A stretch of DNA of 64,000 bases, taken from NCBI GenBank assembly GCA_020352775.1, contig CP070684.1, forward strand, positions 370,631 to 434,630. The letters run 5' to 3'. Below, piece by piece: positions 52,509-64,000 of the stretch (positions within the stretch are counted from its first letter, which is position 1; every line of letters starts with the position of its first letter). The notes beneath the pieces are model-generated. The model made no database searches. It was not told where the DNA came from and worked only from the letters and a program-made list of their open reading frames with translations. The position numbers and the translations under genes were made by a program. This stretch comes from Candidatus Omnitrophota bacterium. Its GTDB lineage: Bacteria > Omnitrophota > Gorgyraeia > Duberdicusellales > 4484-171.

Positions 52509-54077
52509 ATGAATAAGGTGTCTATGGATTTACAAAATGCTTATTATGATTCCATCAAGGAACTAAAGGAGGGGGATATTGTAAAGGGTGAGATTGTAAG
52601 CGTCACGCCCCGGGAAGTGATTGTTGATGTGGGCTATAAGTCCGAAGGTATCATTCCCCGCATGGAATTTGAAGAGGTTGACCCGGAGCAATTAAAGGAA
52701 ATAGATGTATTTGTGGAGAATGTTGAGGATGAAGAAGGTAGAATTATCCTTTCTTATCGCAAAGCAAAAGAGACTCAAGGGTGGCTGACTCTATCGAGGG
52801 ATTACAATGAGGGAGATATGGTTGAAGGATTTATTTCCCGCAAGGTAAAAGGCGGATACATGGTTCATGTTTTCGGCGTAGAAGGGTTCCTGCCTCAGAG
52901 CCTTTCCACTTTACGGAATGCAAATTTTGAAGAAGTAGCAGGAAAGAAGCTGACTTTTCAGATTGTGCGAATGAACAAAATTAAGGGTAACTTCATTGTC
53001 TCGCGCAAAGACGCAGTAAAAGTCGAAAGAGAAGAGGTACGCAAAAAAGTCTGGGGAGAGATTGAGACCGGAAAAATAATGAAGGGCAAAGTAAAAAGCA
53101 TCACCAATTTCGGAGCTTTTATCGATTTAGGAGGAGTGGACGGTCTTCTTCATATTGCAGATATGAGCTGGAAAAAGATTACTCATCCTTCAGAGATCGT
53201 TGCGGTAGGCGATGAGATAAATGTGATGGTATTGAATTTTGATAAAGAGAAGGGGAAGATTTCTTTGGGCCTAAAGCAGACCATGCCCGATCCTTGGAAG
53301 GAAATCGATAAAAAATATGCAGCGGGTTCAGTAGTAAAGGGAAGGATCACAAACATTCAAAATTACGGGATATTTGTGGAGTTAGAAAAAGGAATCGAGG
53401 GTCTGGTGCATATAAGCGAGATATCCTGGACGAAAAGATTTTTGAATCTTTCCGAGATGTTTGCTATTGGCGATACCTTGGAGGCAAAAGTAATTGGAGT
53501 CGAGCCTCAGGAGAAAAAGATTTCTTTAAGCATCAGGCAGCTGGAGAAGGACCCCTGGGAAGATGTGGACAATATGATAGTGATTGATTCACTGATTAGG
53601 GGAAAGATTACTGGTTACGGCGACGGTTGCGCTTTCCTAGAACTTGAGAACGGCTTTGACGGAATTATTTATAATGAAGATATCTCCTGGACAAAACGCG
53701 TCAGCCGCTCCCAGGATATACTTAAAAAAGGTCATTCTTATGATTTCAAGATTTTAGGCATTGATCGAGGTAATCGTAAAGTCATTTTGGGCATAAAACA
53801 GCTTAACGAAGACCCCTGGCCTCAGATTATGGAGAGGTTCCCGGTAGGTAAGATCATCGAAGGGGAAGTGGTAAAAGTTACCAACTTCGGGGTATTTGTT
53901 AAGATTGACGAGGAATTGGAAGGATTGGTGTTTTCCGGGGAGATAGAGAAAGAGCAGATGGAAGCATTGCAACCCAAAGATAAATTAAAAGTAAAAGTGA
54001 TTAAAATTGATCCGGGTTCTGCTAAAATCGGACTTTCGTCAAAATTAGATGAAGAGGAAAGTACGCCAACAGCTTGA
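52509..54077 (+). CDS. rpsA: 30S ribosomal protein S1 (six S1 domains)
   Basis: Repeated S1 OB-fold units are visible, e.g. GKVKSITNFGAFIDLGGVDGLLHIADMSW and GRITNIQNYGIFVELEKGIEGLVHISEISW. Confidence 0.9.
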   Translation: MNKVSMDLQNAYYDSIKELKEGDIVKGEIVSVTPREVIVDVGYKSEGIIPRMEFEEVDPEQLKEIDVFVENVEDEEGRIILSYRKAKETQGWLTLSRDYNEGDMVEGFISRKVKGGYMVHVFGVEGFLPQSLSTLRNANFEEVAGKKLTFQIVRMNKIKGNFIVSRKDAVKVEREEVRKKVWGEIETGKIMKGKVKSITNFGAFIDLGGVDGLLHIADMSWKKITHPSEIVAVGDEINVMVLNFDKEKGKISLGLKQTMPDPWKEIDKKYAAGSVVKGRITNIQNYGIFVELEKGIEGLVHISEISWTKRFLNLSEMFAIGDTLEAKVIGVEPQEKKISLSIRQLEKDPWEDVDNMIVIDSLIRGKITGYGDGCAFLELENGFDGIIYNEDISWTKRVSRSQDILKKGHSYDFKILGIDRGNRKVILGIKQLNEDPWPQIMERFPVGKIIEGEVVKVTNFGVFVKIDEELEGLVFSGEIEKEQMEALQPKDKLKVKVIKIDPGSAKIGLSSKLDEEESTPTA

Positions 54078-55245
54078 AATAATAAAAGAAAACACCATTG
54101 ACCTTCTTCCCGAAGAAGAGCTTGTTGCTAAATTAGAAAAGTCACTGCATAGCAATAAGCCCCTCAAGCTAAAAATCGGATTTGATCCTACCGCAAGCGA
54201 TATCCATCTAGGGCATACTGTGCTTTTGCGCAAGTTGCGCAGACTTCAAGATTTAGGCCATCAGGTCCTTTTTATTATTGGAGATTTCACTGCTAAAATT
54301 GGAGACCCTTCCGGAAGAACTGCTCTTCGTCCTGTTCTAAGCGATAAGGAAATAAAAAAGAACGCTGCTACCTATACCGAACAGGCATTTAAGATACTTA
54401 ATAAGCGCAAAACAAAGATTATTTATAATAGCATCTGGTATAAGGATATGAAGCTTTCTGATTTTTTATCTCTTTTGTCTTCATATACCACCGCACGAAT
54501 GCTAGAGCGAGATGATTTCGCAGAACGAATGAAACAGAACCAACCCCTTACAATTCTAGAGTTAGTCTATCCTTTAATACAGGGATATGACTCTGTAAAA
54601 TGTGAGGCTGATATTGAATTTGGGGGAACAGACCAGAAATTCAATCTTTTGGTGGGCAGGCATCTGCAGGAGGTATTTGGAATGAGCCCTCAGATTGTGG
54701 TTACCATGCCTCTTTTAGTGGGACTGGATGGTAAGAACAAGATGTCCAAATCTTTAGGAAATTATATCGGCATTACCGAAAGACCCAAGGATATGCTTGG
54801 TAAGCTTATGAGTATTTCCGATGAGCTTATGTGGGAATATTTCAGGCTGCTTACCGAGCAAAGCCTAGATGAGGTTAAGAAAATTCACCCTAAGGAAGCG
54901 AAACTTCTTCTGGCTCAGACTATTGTATCTAATTACTATTCGCAAAAAATAGGGTTAAAAGAAAAAGAAGAATTTGAACGCGTATTTTCTCAGAAAGAAA
55001 TCCCCCAGGATATCCCGCTACACAAAGCTTCAGATAAAAAGGTTGACGCAATAGAACTTCTTTCATCCCTTAAGCTGGTTTCATCCAAGAATGAGGCGCG
55101 TCGGCTTCTTGGGCAGGGAGGCATTTCAATTATTGATCAAGATACCCTAAGCCAGACTACCTTAAAGGCCCAAGAGTTAGAAATCCCTCCCCAAGGTATT
55201 ATTTTAAAGATTGGCAAGAAGAAATTCCTTAAAATAACTACCTAA
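54049..55245 (+). CDS. tyrS: Tyrosyl-tRNA synthetase
   Basis: GFDPTASDIHLGH gives the HIGH motif and KMSKSLGN the KMSKS motif. The C-terminal S4-like domain contains SKNEARRLLGQGG. It overlaps the rpsA end by 29 nt. Confidence 0.9.
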   Translation: MKRKVRQQLEIIKENTIDLLPEEELVAKLEKSLHSNKPLKLKIGFDPTASDIHLGHTVLLRKLRRLQDLGHQVLFIIGDFTAKIGDPSGRTALRPVLSDKEIKKNAATYTEQAFKILNKRKTKIIYNSIWYKDMKLSDFLSLLSSYTTARMLERDDFAERMKQNQPLTILELVYPLIQGYDSVKCEADIEFGGTDQKFNLLVGRHLQEVFGMSPQIVVTMPLLVGLDGKNKMSKSLGNYIGITERPKDMLGKLMSISDELMWEYFRLLTEQSLDEVKKIHPKEAKLLLAQTIVSNYYSQKIGLKEKEEFERVFSQKEIPQDIPLHKASDKKVDAIELLSSLKLVSSKNEARRLLGQGGISIIDQDTLSQTTLKAQELEIPPQGIILKIGKKKFLKITT

Positions 55246-55297
55246 ATTAGATACCTTCTCTGAAGTCGTTAATTAGCCCATTTATAAGAGAATTTAC

Positions 55298-55325
55298 TTG
55301 CAATTTAGGGTGTGGTTGTTATAAT
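55298..55325 (+). promoter_or_regulatory. Promoter upstream of the GalT-like pair and glycolytic genes
   Basis: TTGCAA (55298-55303), 16-nt spacer, TATAAT (55320-55325). Confidence 0.55.
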
Positions 55326-55400
55326 AATCCCTCAAAAATCGGGGTTATATGATTACCCCCCTATTTTAATAATTTTTCCAAACTAAAGCTTTCTATATCT

Positions 55401-56411
55401 ATGCCGGAGTTACGAAAAGACCCTATTCTTGGAAGATGGGTAATAATTGCAAGCGAAAGAGCAAAAGAACTAGATAATTTTGAATGTCCCGCCGTTGCCC
55501 CCAGCCCCCTAAAAGAATGTATCTTCTGTAAAGGCAATGAACACAAGGTTTTCCCGGAAACATTCTCCTTAAAAGACGAGCGTCAGGATTGGCGGGTAAG
55601 AGTGGTGTCTTCCCAAGATTCTTTCTTGCAACTTGAGGGCGAGCCTTGGAAGAAAGGCAAGGGGCCTTATGACTTTATAAATGCCATTGGCAGTCACGAG
55701 GTGATTATCGAAAGTCCTGACCATGTTGAGAATATGGCTGATTTGACAGAAAAGCAGATTACAGATGTATTTTCCACATATCGCCAGCGCATTAAAGAGT
55801 TAGAGAAAAATCAAGATTTAAGGTATGTATTAATATTTAAAAATTATAAAAAGGGAGCCGGAGGAGGAGAAATAAAGCATACCCATTCCCAGCTTCTTGC
55901 CACCCCGGTTAATTTAAAAAGAGTAAAGGAAGAATTGGAGGGGGCGAAGTTTTACTTCAAATGCCATGAACGGTGCGGTTTTTGTGATATGATCCGGCAA
56001 GAAGTGGGTACTGCTCAAAGAGTGGTGCTGGATGAAGGAGGGTTCTTGGCCCTGGTTCCTTTTGCTTCTCGTTTCCCATTTGAGGTATGGGTTATGCCTG
56101 TTACGCACTCACCGGATTTTTACGCAATGAGCGATGATCAGACTGCTAATCTAGCAAAGGTAATGAAAAAAGTCCTTTTAAAGATCAAAGTTCTTTTGGG
56201 TGATCCACCCTATAATTATATTATTCATACTGCCCCTTTTAGAAGGCCTTATCCTGGTTATTGGTCAACTATAGATGAAGATTACCACTGGCATATTGAA
56301 ATTGTTCCACGCCTTACACAAGTGGCAGGATTTGAATGGGGAACTGGATTTTATATTTGCCCTTCTTTACCGGAAGAGGCAGCAAAATATTTAAAAGAAA
56401 CCAAGGTATAA
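55401..56411 (+). CDS. GalT-like HIT-family nucleotidyltransferase/phosphorylase, divergent paralog
   Basis: MPELRKDPILGRWV, a Zn-type CIFCKGNEH, and catalytic HTHSQL (HxHxQ) are present. The conserved VVPNKFPAL segment is replaced by VVSSQDSFL. Confidence 0.8.
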   Translation: MPELRKDPILGRWVIIASERAKELDNFECPAVAPSPLKECIFCKGNEHKVFPETFSLKDERQDWRVRVVSSQDSFLQLEGEPWKKGKGPYDFINAIGSHEVIIESPDHVENMADLTEKQITDVFSTYRQRIKELEKNQDLRYVLIFKNYKKGAGGGEIKHTHSQLLATPVNLKRVKEELEGAKFYFKCHERCGFCDMIRQEVGTAQRVVLDEGGFLALVPFASRFPFEVWVMPVTHSPDFYAMSDDQTANLAKVMKKVLLKIKVLLGDPPYNYIIHTAPFRRPYPGYWSTIDEDYHWHIEIVPRLTQVAGFEWGTGFYICPSLPEEAAKYLKETKV

Positions 56412-56431
56412 AATTATAAATTAAAAGAACT

Positions 56432-58479
<2,048 letters not shown>

Positions 58480-58509
58480 AAAGCTAAATTTTAAAAACAA
58501 GGGGAGAAG

Positions 58510-59694
58510 ATGAACAAAAAATCCGTAAAAGATGTTTATCTGGGAGGAAAACGAGTGCTGATGCGCGTTGATTTTAATGTGCCGTTGGATAAGAGCCAGC
58601 GTATCACTGATGACAATAGAATCAAAGCAGCATTACCCACCATACAATTTGCTTTGCAAGAAGGAGCTAGGCTCATTCTTATGAGCCATTTGGGAAGGCC
58701 CAAAGGAGAAGTAAAGCCTGAATTCAGTTTAAAGCCTGCAGCCAAGCGGTTAAGTGAACTTCTGGGTAAGCCTGTAAAGATGCTTAATGATTGTATCGGA
58801 CAGGAGGTGAAATCAGTTGTTGACAATATGCAAGAAGGCGAGGCAGTGATGCTTGAGAATTTACGCTTTCACAAGGAAGAGGAGAAAAACAATCCTGAGT
58901 TTGCAAGGGAACTCGCCTCTTTAGGGGATATATTTGTTAACGATGCTTTTGGAACTTGTCATCGCGCTCATGCTTCAACCGAAGGAGTCACGCATTATCT
59001 GGAATCAGTTTCAGGGTTTCTGGTAGAGAAGGAAATTGAGTACTTCCAGAAGATATTGACTAGTGCTCAGAAGCCTTTCGTGTTTGTTTTGGGCGGAGCT
59101 AAAGTTTCGGATAAGATTCCTGTAATTGAGAATATGATGGAGAAGGCAGATGCGATTCTTATTGGCGGGGCAATGGCATATACCTTTATGAAAGTAAAGG
59201 GAATTGATATTGGAGCCTCACGCCTTGAGGATGATATGATTGAAACTGTAAAAAATATCTTAGATAAAGCCAAGCAAAAGAAAGTTGAGATCATTCTGCC
59301 TATAGATCATGTTATCACCGATGATATTGAGAGTGCCCAGAATGTAAAAACTACTGATTCGCAAGCTATAGCCAGTGGCTGGATGGGGGTCGATATCGGA
59401 CCCAAGAGTGTTAACCTTTTTAGCGAAAAGATAAAAGGCGCTAAGACTGTTGTTTGGAACGGACCGGTAGGCATTTTTGAGAAGGAAAAATTTGCTGTTG
59501 GAACAAAGGCGCTGGCAGCTGCTATTGCGCAATCAGATGCTACTTCTGTTATCGGAGGAGGGGATTCTGCGGCGGCAGTAGCAAAGTTTGGTCTGGCAGA
59601 TAAGATGTCTCACATTTCAACCGGCGGAGGAGCTTCTTTAGAGTATTTAGAGGGAAAAGTTTTGCCCGGCGTTGCCGCATTGACAGATAAATAA
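58510..59694 (+). CDS. pgk: Phosphoglycerate kinase
   Basis: RVDFNVP, MSHLGRPKG and VWNGPVGIFE are present. Confidence 0.95.
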   Translation: MNKKSVKDVYLGGKRVLMRVDFNVPLDKSQRITDDNRIKAALPTIQFALQEGARLILMSHLGRPKGEVKPEFSLKPAAKRLSELLGKPVKMLNDCIGQEVKSVVDNMQEGEAVMLENLRFHKEEEKNNPEFARELASLGDIFVNDAFGTCHRAHASTEGVTHYLESVSGFLVEKEIEYFQKILTSAQKPFVFVLGGAKVSDKIPVIENMMEKADAILIGGAMAYTFMKVKGIDIGASRLEDDMIETVKNILDKAKQKKVEIILPIDHVITDDIESAQNVKTTDSQAIASGWMGVDIGPKSVNLFSEKIKGAKTVVWNGPVGIFEKEKFAVGTKALAAAIAQSDATSVIGGGDSAAAVAKFGLADKMSHISTGGGASLEYLEGKVLPGVAALTDK

Positions 59695-59725
59695 GTTACA
59701 ATCTAAAGTTAGAGGAGAGTAAAAT

Positions 59726-60490
59726 ATGAGAAAACCTTTGATTGCGGGAAACTGGAAAATGTATAAGACTATCAATGAAGCAGTAGAGCTTGCTAACGGA
59801 GCAAAAAGAGAGCTTCTTGATTTTAGTGAGGTTGATATCGTGCTTTGCCCGCCATTTACATCTTTAGATTCAGTGTATGAAGTGATTATGGATACTGATA
59901 TAAAGCTGGGAGCGCAGAACCTATACTGGCAAGAGGAGGGAGCATTTACTGGAGAAGTATCCCCCATTATGCTTAAAGATTGTGGTTGTGAATATGTGAT
60001 TATCGGGCATTCCGAGCGAAGAAAATATTTTGCAGAGACTGATGAGACAGTAAATAAAAAGATAAAAACCGCTTTAGCAGTGGGTCTTATTCCGATTGTT
60101 TGCGTGGGCGAGACTCTCAAAGAGAGAGAATCTCAAAAGACAATTGAAGTTGTTCAGCGGCAGCTACAGCAAGGATTAAAAGAAATCGCCAAAGATACGT
60201 TTTCTAAAATCGTCATTGCCTATGAGCCGGTGTGGGCAATAGGCACTGGAAAGACTGCGACCCCCCAGCAGGCCCAAGAGGTACATAAATTTATCCGTGA
60301 CTGGATCGAAGATAATTACTCTAGCGACATCGCCCAAAAAACAAGAATCCTTTATGGGGGGAGTGTAAAGCCTTCCAATATAGAGGAGCTTATGCGCGAG
60401 GAAGACATTGACGGCGCATTAGTAGGAGGAGCATCATTAAAAGTCTCTTCTTTTGTTGACATCACTAGAAACGCAGTTAAAATAAGGTAA
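59726..60490 (+). CDS. tpiA: Triosephosphate isomerase
   Basis: IAGNWKM, IGHSERR and AYEPVWAIGTG are present. Confidence 0.95.
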   Translation: MRKPLIAGNWKMYKTINEAVELANGAKRELLDFSEVDIVLCPPFTSLDSVYEVIMDTDIKLGAQNLYWQEEGAFTGEVSPIMLKDCGCEYVIIGHSERRKYFAETDETVNKKIKTALAVGLIPIVCVGETLKERESQKTIEVVQRQLQQGLKEIAKDTFSKIVIAYEPVWAIGTGKTATPQQAQEVHKFIRDWIEDNYSSDIAQKTRILYGGSVKPSNIEELMREEDIDGALVGGASLKVSSFVDITRNAVKIR

Positions 60491-60512
60491 CTATCACATA
60501 AAGAGGCAGAAC

Positions 60513-60848
60513 ATGTATGAGTTGTTGTTAGTATTTCATGCCCTTATTGTTATTGCATTGATTGGACTTATTCTCATTCAGAGAGGTCGTAGTGGCGGAC
60601 TTATCGAAGCTCTGGGCGGAGTCGAATCTATCTTTGGCACAAAGACAAGTTCTTTTTTTGTAAAGGTGACAATCATTTTAAGTGTGCTTTTCTTTTTTAC
60701 CTCAATTTCTCTGGCATACCTTTCAAAAGAAAGAGGTAAATCTCTTATCGAGAAATACGGGGAAGAGCCAGCCTCAATGCAGGGACCTTTCCCTCAACAA
60801 GCACCTTCACCCCAAGGCAATACTTCTTCCGGCCAACCAGCATCTTAA
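60513..60848 (+). CDS. secG: Preprotein translocase subunit SecG
   Basis: Two TM helices flank LIQRGRSGG, with a Gln/Pro/Ser-rich tail. Its position after tpiA is typical. Confidence 0.8.
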   Translation: MYELLLVFHALIVIALIGLILIQRGRSGGLIEALGGVESIFGTKTSSFFVKVTIILSVLFFFTSISLAYLSKERGKSLIEKYGEEPASMQGPFPQQAPSPQGNTSSGQPAS

Positions 60849-60861
60849 ATATTTTCGTTTG

Positions 60862-62637
60862 ATGCCTAAACGCGCTATTTTTTCCTTTTTAATCGCAGGT
60901 TTACTTTTAGGTTTATTTTATGCACCTTGTGCAGCTGGTGCGGCCCTCCCTTTTAGAGAGCCCTACGCCGAATATAAGTTTAAGTGCGGTAAAAGAGGGG
61001 GGAAATTGTTTTTAGCTTCAACCAGTGACCCTAAGTCTTTTAACCCCGTAGTTGCCCAGGAGACTTCTACCACTCAAATTACTTCATTAATCTTTGAGGG
61101 CTTAACGCGCACCCATCCTCTTAGTTTAGAAGTGCTTCCTAATTTGGCGCAAAATTGGGAAACTTTTAACGGGAAAGAATGGATATTTTATCTTAAAAAA
61201 GGGGTGCGTTGGAACGACGGTAAAGAATTTAGCTCCGATGATGTGGTTTTTACTTTTAACGAGCTAGTTTACAATGACGATATTCCCACCAGCTCAAAAG
61301 ACATCTTCACCATTGAGGGTAAAAAGATTAAAGTCCAAAAAATAGATAAGTACACCGTGAAATTCATTCTTCCGTTTGAATTCGCACCGTTTTTACGCGC
61401 TCTTTCGCAGGAGATTTTGCCGGCCCATAAGTACCGAACTTTGGTCAGAAAAAAAAGATTTACTTTCAGCATGGGACTGGATTCGGTACCCGAAGATATC
61501 GTGGGAACCGGCCCCTTTAGATTGAAAAAGTATTTTCCCGGAGAGCGAGTGATTTTAGAAAGAAATCCTTTTTACTGGAAAAAGGATGATTGCGGGGTTA
61601 GACTGCCTTATCTTGAGGAGATCGTATTTATTATTCTACCTAATTTAGACACCGCACTTTTAAAATTTTTAGAAAAAGAATTAGATTATTACTCTCTTCG
61701 GCCGCAGGATTTAAGTATTTTAGGTCCGCGCCAAAGTAGTGATGCGTTTACGATTTATAACGCCGGGCCATCGTTTCAATCTGAGTTTGTTGCTTTTAAT
61801 CTCAATCCTTCGATTAATCCTCGCACGAAGAAAGCGTTTGTGAATGGCATTAAGAGAAAATGGTTTATTAATAGAGACTTTCGTAAAGCGATATCCCACG
61901 CTATTAATCGTCAAAAGATTATTGAGGTCGTGATGCAGGGGTTAGGGATTCCACAATATTCTCCTTTAAGCCCGGCAAACACTTTTTTTTATACTCCTCA
62001 GATAACGCGTTATGAACATAATCCCAAAAAAGCAAAAAGTATTTTAGCCAAACTAGGACTTTTAGATCGGGATCGGGACGGGGTATTAGAAGATAAAGAA
62101 GGCAATCGCTTAGAGCTAAATTTTTTTACCAATGCCGATAATACTCAAAGAATACTAATTGCCACTTTAATAAAAAAAGATTTAGAAACAATAGGAATAA
62201 AAGTGCATTTTCTTCCCCTTGATTTTAATAATCTGGTAAGCAAGTTAACCGCCACCTTTGATTGGGAGATGGTTTTAATCGGGCTGAGCGGAGTGATTGA
62301 ACCTTATTTTGGCAAAAATGTCTGGTCTTACAAGGGAAATTTACACATGTGGAATCCTTCCGGCAAGGAAATATTTCCTTTTGAGGAAGAAATCGAGGAT
62401 ATTTTTAATATGTCCGCCAAGACCCTTGATGAAGAAAAGCGAAAAAAATTATTTGCCCGCTGGCAGAAAATCGTCTCTGAGGAGCTACCTCTTGTTTATA
62501 CCATAATCCCTTACTCTTTATATGCGGTGAGGGATAAATTTGGAAATTTATATCCTACTGTGTATGGGGGTGCTTTTTCAGAGATTGAGCATATTTATCT
62601 GAAAGACAGTTTTCGTAATCAGAGTGTTGGAAACTAG
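60862..62637 (+). CDS. ABC-transporter substrate-binding protein, family 5 (Opp/Dpp-like)
   Basis: ATG 60862 gives the signal peptide MPKRAIFSFLIAGLLLGLFYAPCAAGAA. SBP_bac_5-like segments include VRWNDGKEFSSDDVVFTF and GTGPFRLKKYFPGERVILERNPFYW. The track start 60682 overlaps secG. Confidence 0.8.
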   Translation: MPKRAIFSFLIAGLLLGLFYAPCAAGAALPFREPYAEYKFKCGKRGGKLFLASTSDPKSFNPVVAQETSTTQITSLIFEGLTRTHPLSLEVLPNLAQNWETFNGKEWIFYLKKGVRWNDGKEFSSDDVVFTFNELVYNDDIPTSSKDIFTIEGKKIKVQKIDKYTVKFILPFEFAPFLRALSQEILPAHKYRTLVRKKRFTFSMGLDSVPEDIVGTGPFRLKKYFPGERVILERNPFYWKKDDCGVRLPYLEEIVFIILPNLDTALLKFLEKELDYYSLRPQDLSILGPRQSSDAFTIYNAGPSFQSEFVAFNLNPSINPRTKKAFVNGIKRKWFINRDFRKAISHAINRQKIIEVVMQGLGIPQYSPLSPANTFFYTPQITRYEHNPKKAKSILAKLGLLDRDRDGVLEDKEGNRLELNFFTNADNTQRILIATLIKKDLETIGIKVHFLPLDFNNLVSKLTATFDWEMVLIGLSGVIEPYFGKNVWSYKGNLHMWNPSGKEIFPFEEEIEDIFNMSAKTLDEEKRKKLFARWQKIVSEELPLVYTIIPYSLYAVRDKFGNLYPTVYGGAFSEIEHIYLKDSFRNQSVGN

Positions 62638-62659
62638 CCGGTTAGAAAGGCAAATTTTC

Positions 62660-62688
62660 TTGACACAGTATTGTATTTATGTTAAAGT
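62660..62688 (+). promoter_or_regulatory. Promoter placed for a near-leaderless TPR-protein transcript
   Basis: TTGACA (62660-62665), 17-nt spacer, TAAAGT (62683-62688). ATG 62697 begins 9 nt after the -10. Confidence 0.4.
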
Positions 62689-62696
62689 TAAACCAA

Positions 62697-63524
62697 ATGA
62701 GATCCCTTCTCGTTTTTGTACTTTCCTTTTTTCTTCTAACCCCTCTTTTTGGTTCAGAGATAATGAAAGAGGAGGCGATAGCCTATCGGGAAAAAGGATA
62801 TAAATTACAGGCGATGGGGGATTTCGTTCAGGCGCTTAGCTACTATCAGAAAGCCATACAGATAGATCCTCACTATGTAGAAGTACTTAATGATTTGGGC
62901 GTGGTATATGAAAATCTGGGGGATGATGAGTGCGCTTTAAAAATGTATGAAGAATCTTTAAGACTTAACCCCCATTATCTTCCCGCCCATACCAATTTGG
63001 CGTTTTTTTATGAGAGAAAAGGCAATATTAATAAAGCTACCCAGCATTGGGTTAGGCGCTATGAATTAGGAGAGGAAGGTGAATATTGGCGTGAAGTTGC
63101 CTATCAGCACCTTCTAAGGCTTGGCACATACCCTGAGGCTAAGAAAAAATGGCTTGAGAAAGCCGCGGCAAGATTGTCTCAGGAAGTGATGTATAAACGT
63201 GAACAAGAGCGGCTTAAAATTATTGAAGAAGCAAAACTTCATTTTGATATTGGAAAAAAAATGTTTATGAGAGGTGATTATGCCCAGGCGCTAAAGGAGC
63301 TAGGGATAGCCGGTGACATAAATCCTCCCGATGAGAACCTTAAAGTAAAAATATTTGATTTATACAAAAAGTCGTTTCGGATGCAGAAAAAAGCAGAGGC
63401 TGTAGCTTCTACGCAAGATGCGTTAAATTACTTACAAAGCGATAGTCTTATCTCCGCGGGTGATAAGCTTAAAGATGCACTCAGAGCGGTTCTTCAAGTT
63501 GCCCAGGAGAGAATAGGTGAGTAA
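62697..63524 (+). CDS. Secreted TPR-repeat protein
   Basis: MRSLLVFVLSFFLLTPLFG is a signal peptide. TPR helices follow (YKLQAMGDFVQALSYYQKAIQIDPH, LGDDECALKMYEESLRLNPH). The track start 62679 lies inside the putative -10. Confidence 0.6.
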   Translation: MRSLLVFVLSFFLLTPLFGSEIMKEEAIAYREKGYKLQAMGDFVQALSYYQKAIQIDPHYVEVLNDLGVVYENLGDDECALKMYEESLRLNPHYLPAHTNLAFFYERKGNINKATQHWVRRYELGEEGEYWREVAYQHLLRLGTYPEAKKKWLEKAAARLSQEVMYKREQERLKIIEEAKLHFDIGKKMFMRGDYAQALKELGIAGDINPPDENLKVKIFDLYKKSFRMQKKAEAVASTQDALNYLQSDSLISAGDKLKDALRAVLQVAQERIGE

Positions 63525-63672
63525 CCAGCCCTAATTTCAAAAATCCTAAATGAAAATTAATTCCTAAGACAACTAACCCCGAAATGATATCGCCAAGGGT
63601 GTTTTCTTGCCGTTATTTTAAATAATCAATGTTATTTAAGGATTTAGACCTTGATTTTTTCTGCTTGGTTAG

Positions 63673-64000
63673 ATGAGTAAAGAAAAAGTATATCTTATTG
63701 ATGGAACCTCGATTTGCTACCGTTCTTTTTTTGCGATTAAGCTTTCTACTTCAGAGGGGTTTCCCACGGGAGCGATATACGGATTTTATCAGACGTTGCG
63801 CAAGCTAATCAGCGAGCATTCACCCAAGTATATGGCGATTTGTTTTGATGTTTCTCGCAAAACATTTCGCCAGGAAAAATTTAAAGAGTATAAGGTTCAA
63901 AGGCCACCGCTACCCGATGGTCTTAAAGCACAAATTCCTCTTATAAAGGAAATGATTGGGTTTATGGGGGTTAAGTTGGTTGAGAAAGAAGGATTTGAAG
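63673..64000 (+). CDS. polA: DNA polymerase I, N-terminal 5'-3' exonuclease domain (3'-truncated by window edge)
   Basis: VYLIDGTSICYRSFFA...GAIYGF...AICFD...FRQEKFKEYKVQRPPLPDGL is the typical PolI/FEN N-terminus. Confidence 0.85.
   Translation, partial: MSKEKVYLIDGTSICYRSFFAIKLSTSEGFPTGAIYGFYQTLRKLISEHSPKYMAICFDVSRKTFRQEKFKEYKVQRPPLPDGLKAQIPLIKEMIGFMGVKLVEKEGFE

Overview
AT-rich bacterial chromosome segment with diderm-type gene content: Sec and lipoprotein signals, outer-membrane-type proteins and a Bat/MoxR-VWA operon. It is almost fully coding and almost all on the + strand; only 4 genes are on the - strand. Lineage cannot be determined without searches, but the mix of giant surface proteins, degenerate GTPases and compact overlapping operons would fit an uncultivated small-genome phylum (speculative). 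Most of the window is housekeeping: rny-ymdB, dxs, gltX, nifU-nifS, class II RNR, rpsU, rplU-obg-proB-proA-nadD, rpsA-tyrS, gap-pgk-tpiA-secG and the polA start. It also holds an 8-gene MoxR/DUF58/VWA/TPR (Bat-like) operon and scattered c-di-GMP parts (PilZ, GGDEF, HD-GYP). The clearest accessory region is about 7.98-17.07 kb. It contains a promoter, two tandem MerR/excisionase-type mini-regulators, a Sec-exported phage-tail-fibre-like protein with a lectin-like tip, a 2084-aa multi-domain giant protein with a very large C-terminal beta-rich (putative outer-membrane) region, and an untracked 47-aa membrane micro-ORF. It ends at tRNA-Gln(CUG). I consider this the best candidate for an undescribed surface-attachment system. 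Secondary oddities are tandem divergent GalT-like HIT enzymes ahead of the glycolytic operon, a YchF-derived protein without a P-loop, Obg with a DTPP G3 motif and no rpmA, a radical SAM enzyme with a Tat-like N-terminus, an orphan intrinsic terminator upstream of rpsU, a 144-nt long-range hairpin upstream of the 5-FCL gene, and two apparently leaderless genes. All family assignments come from motif recognition by eye; no database search was run.
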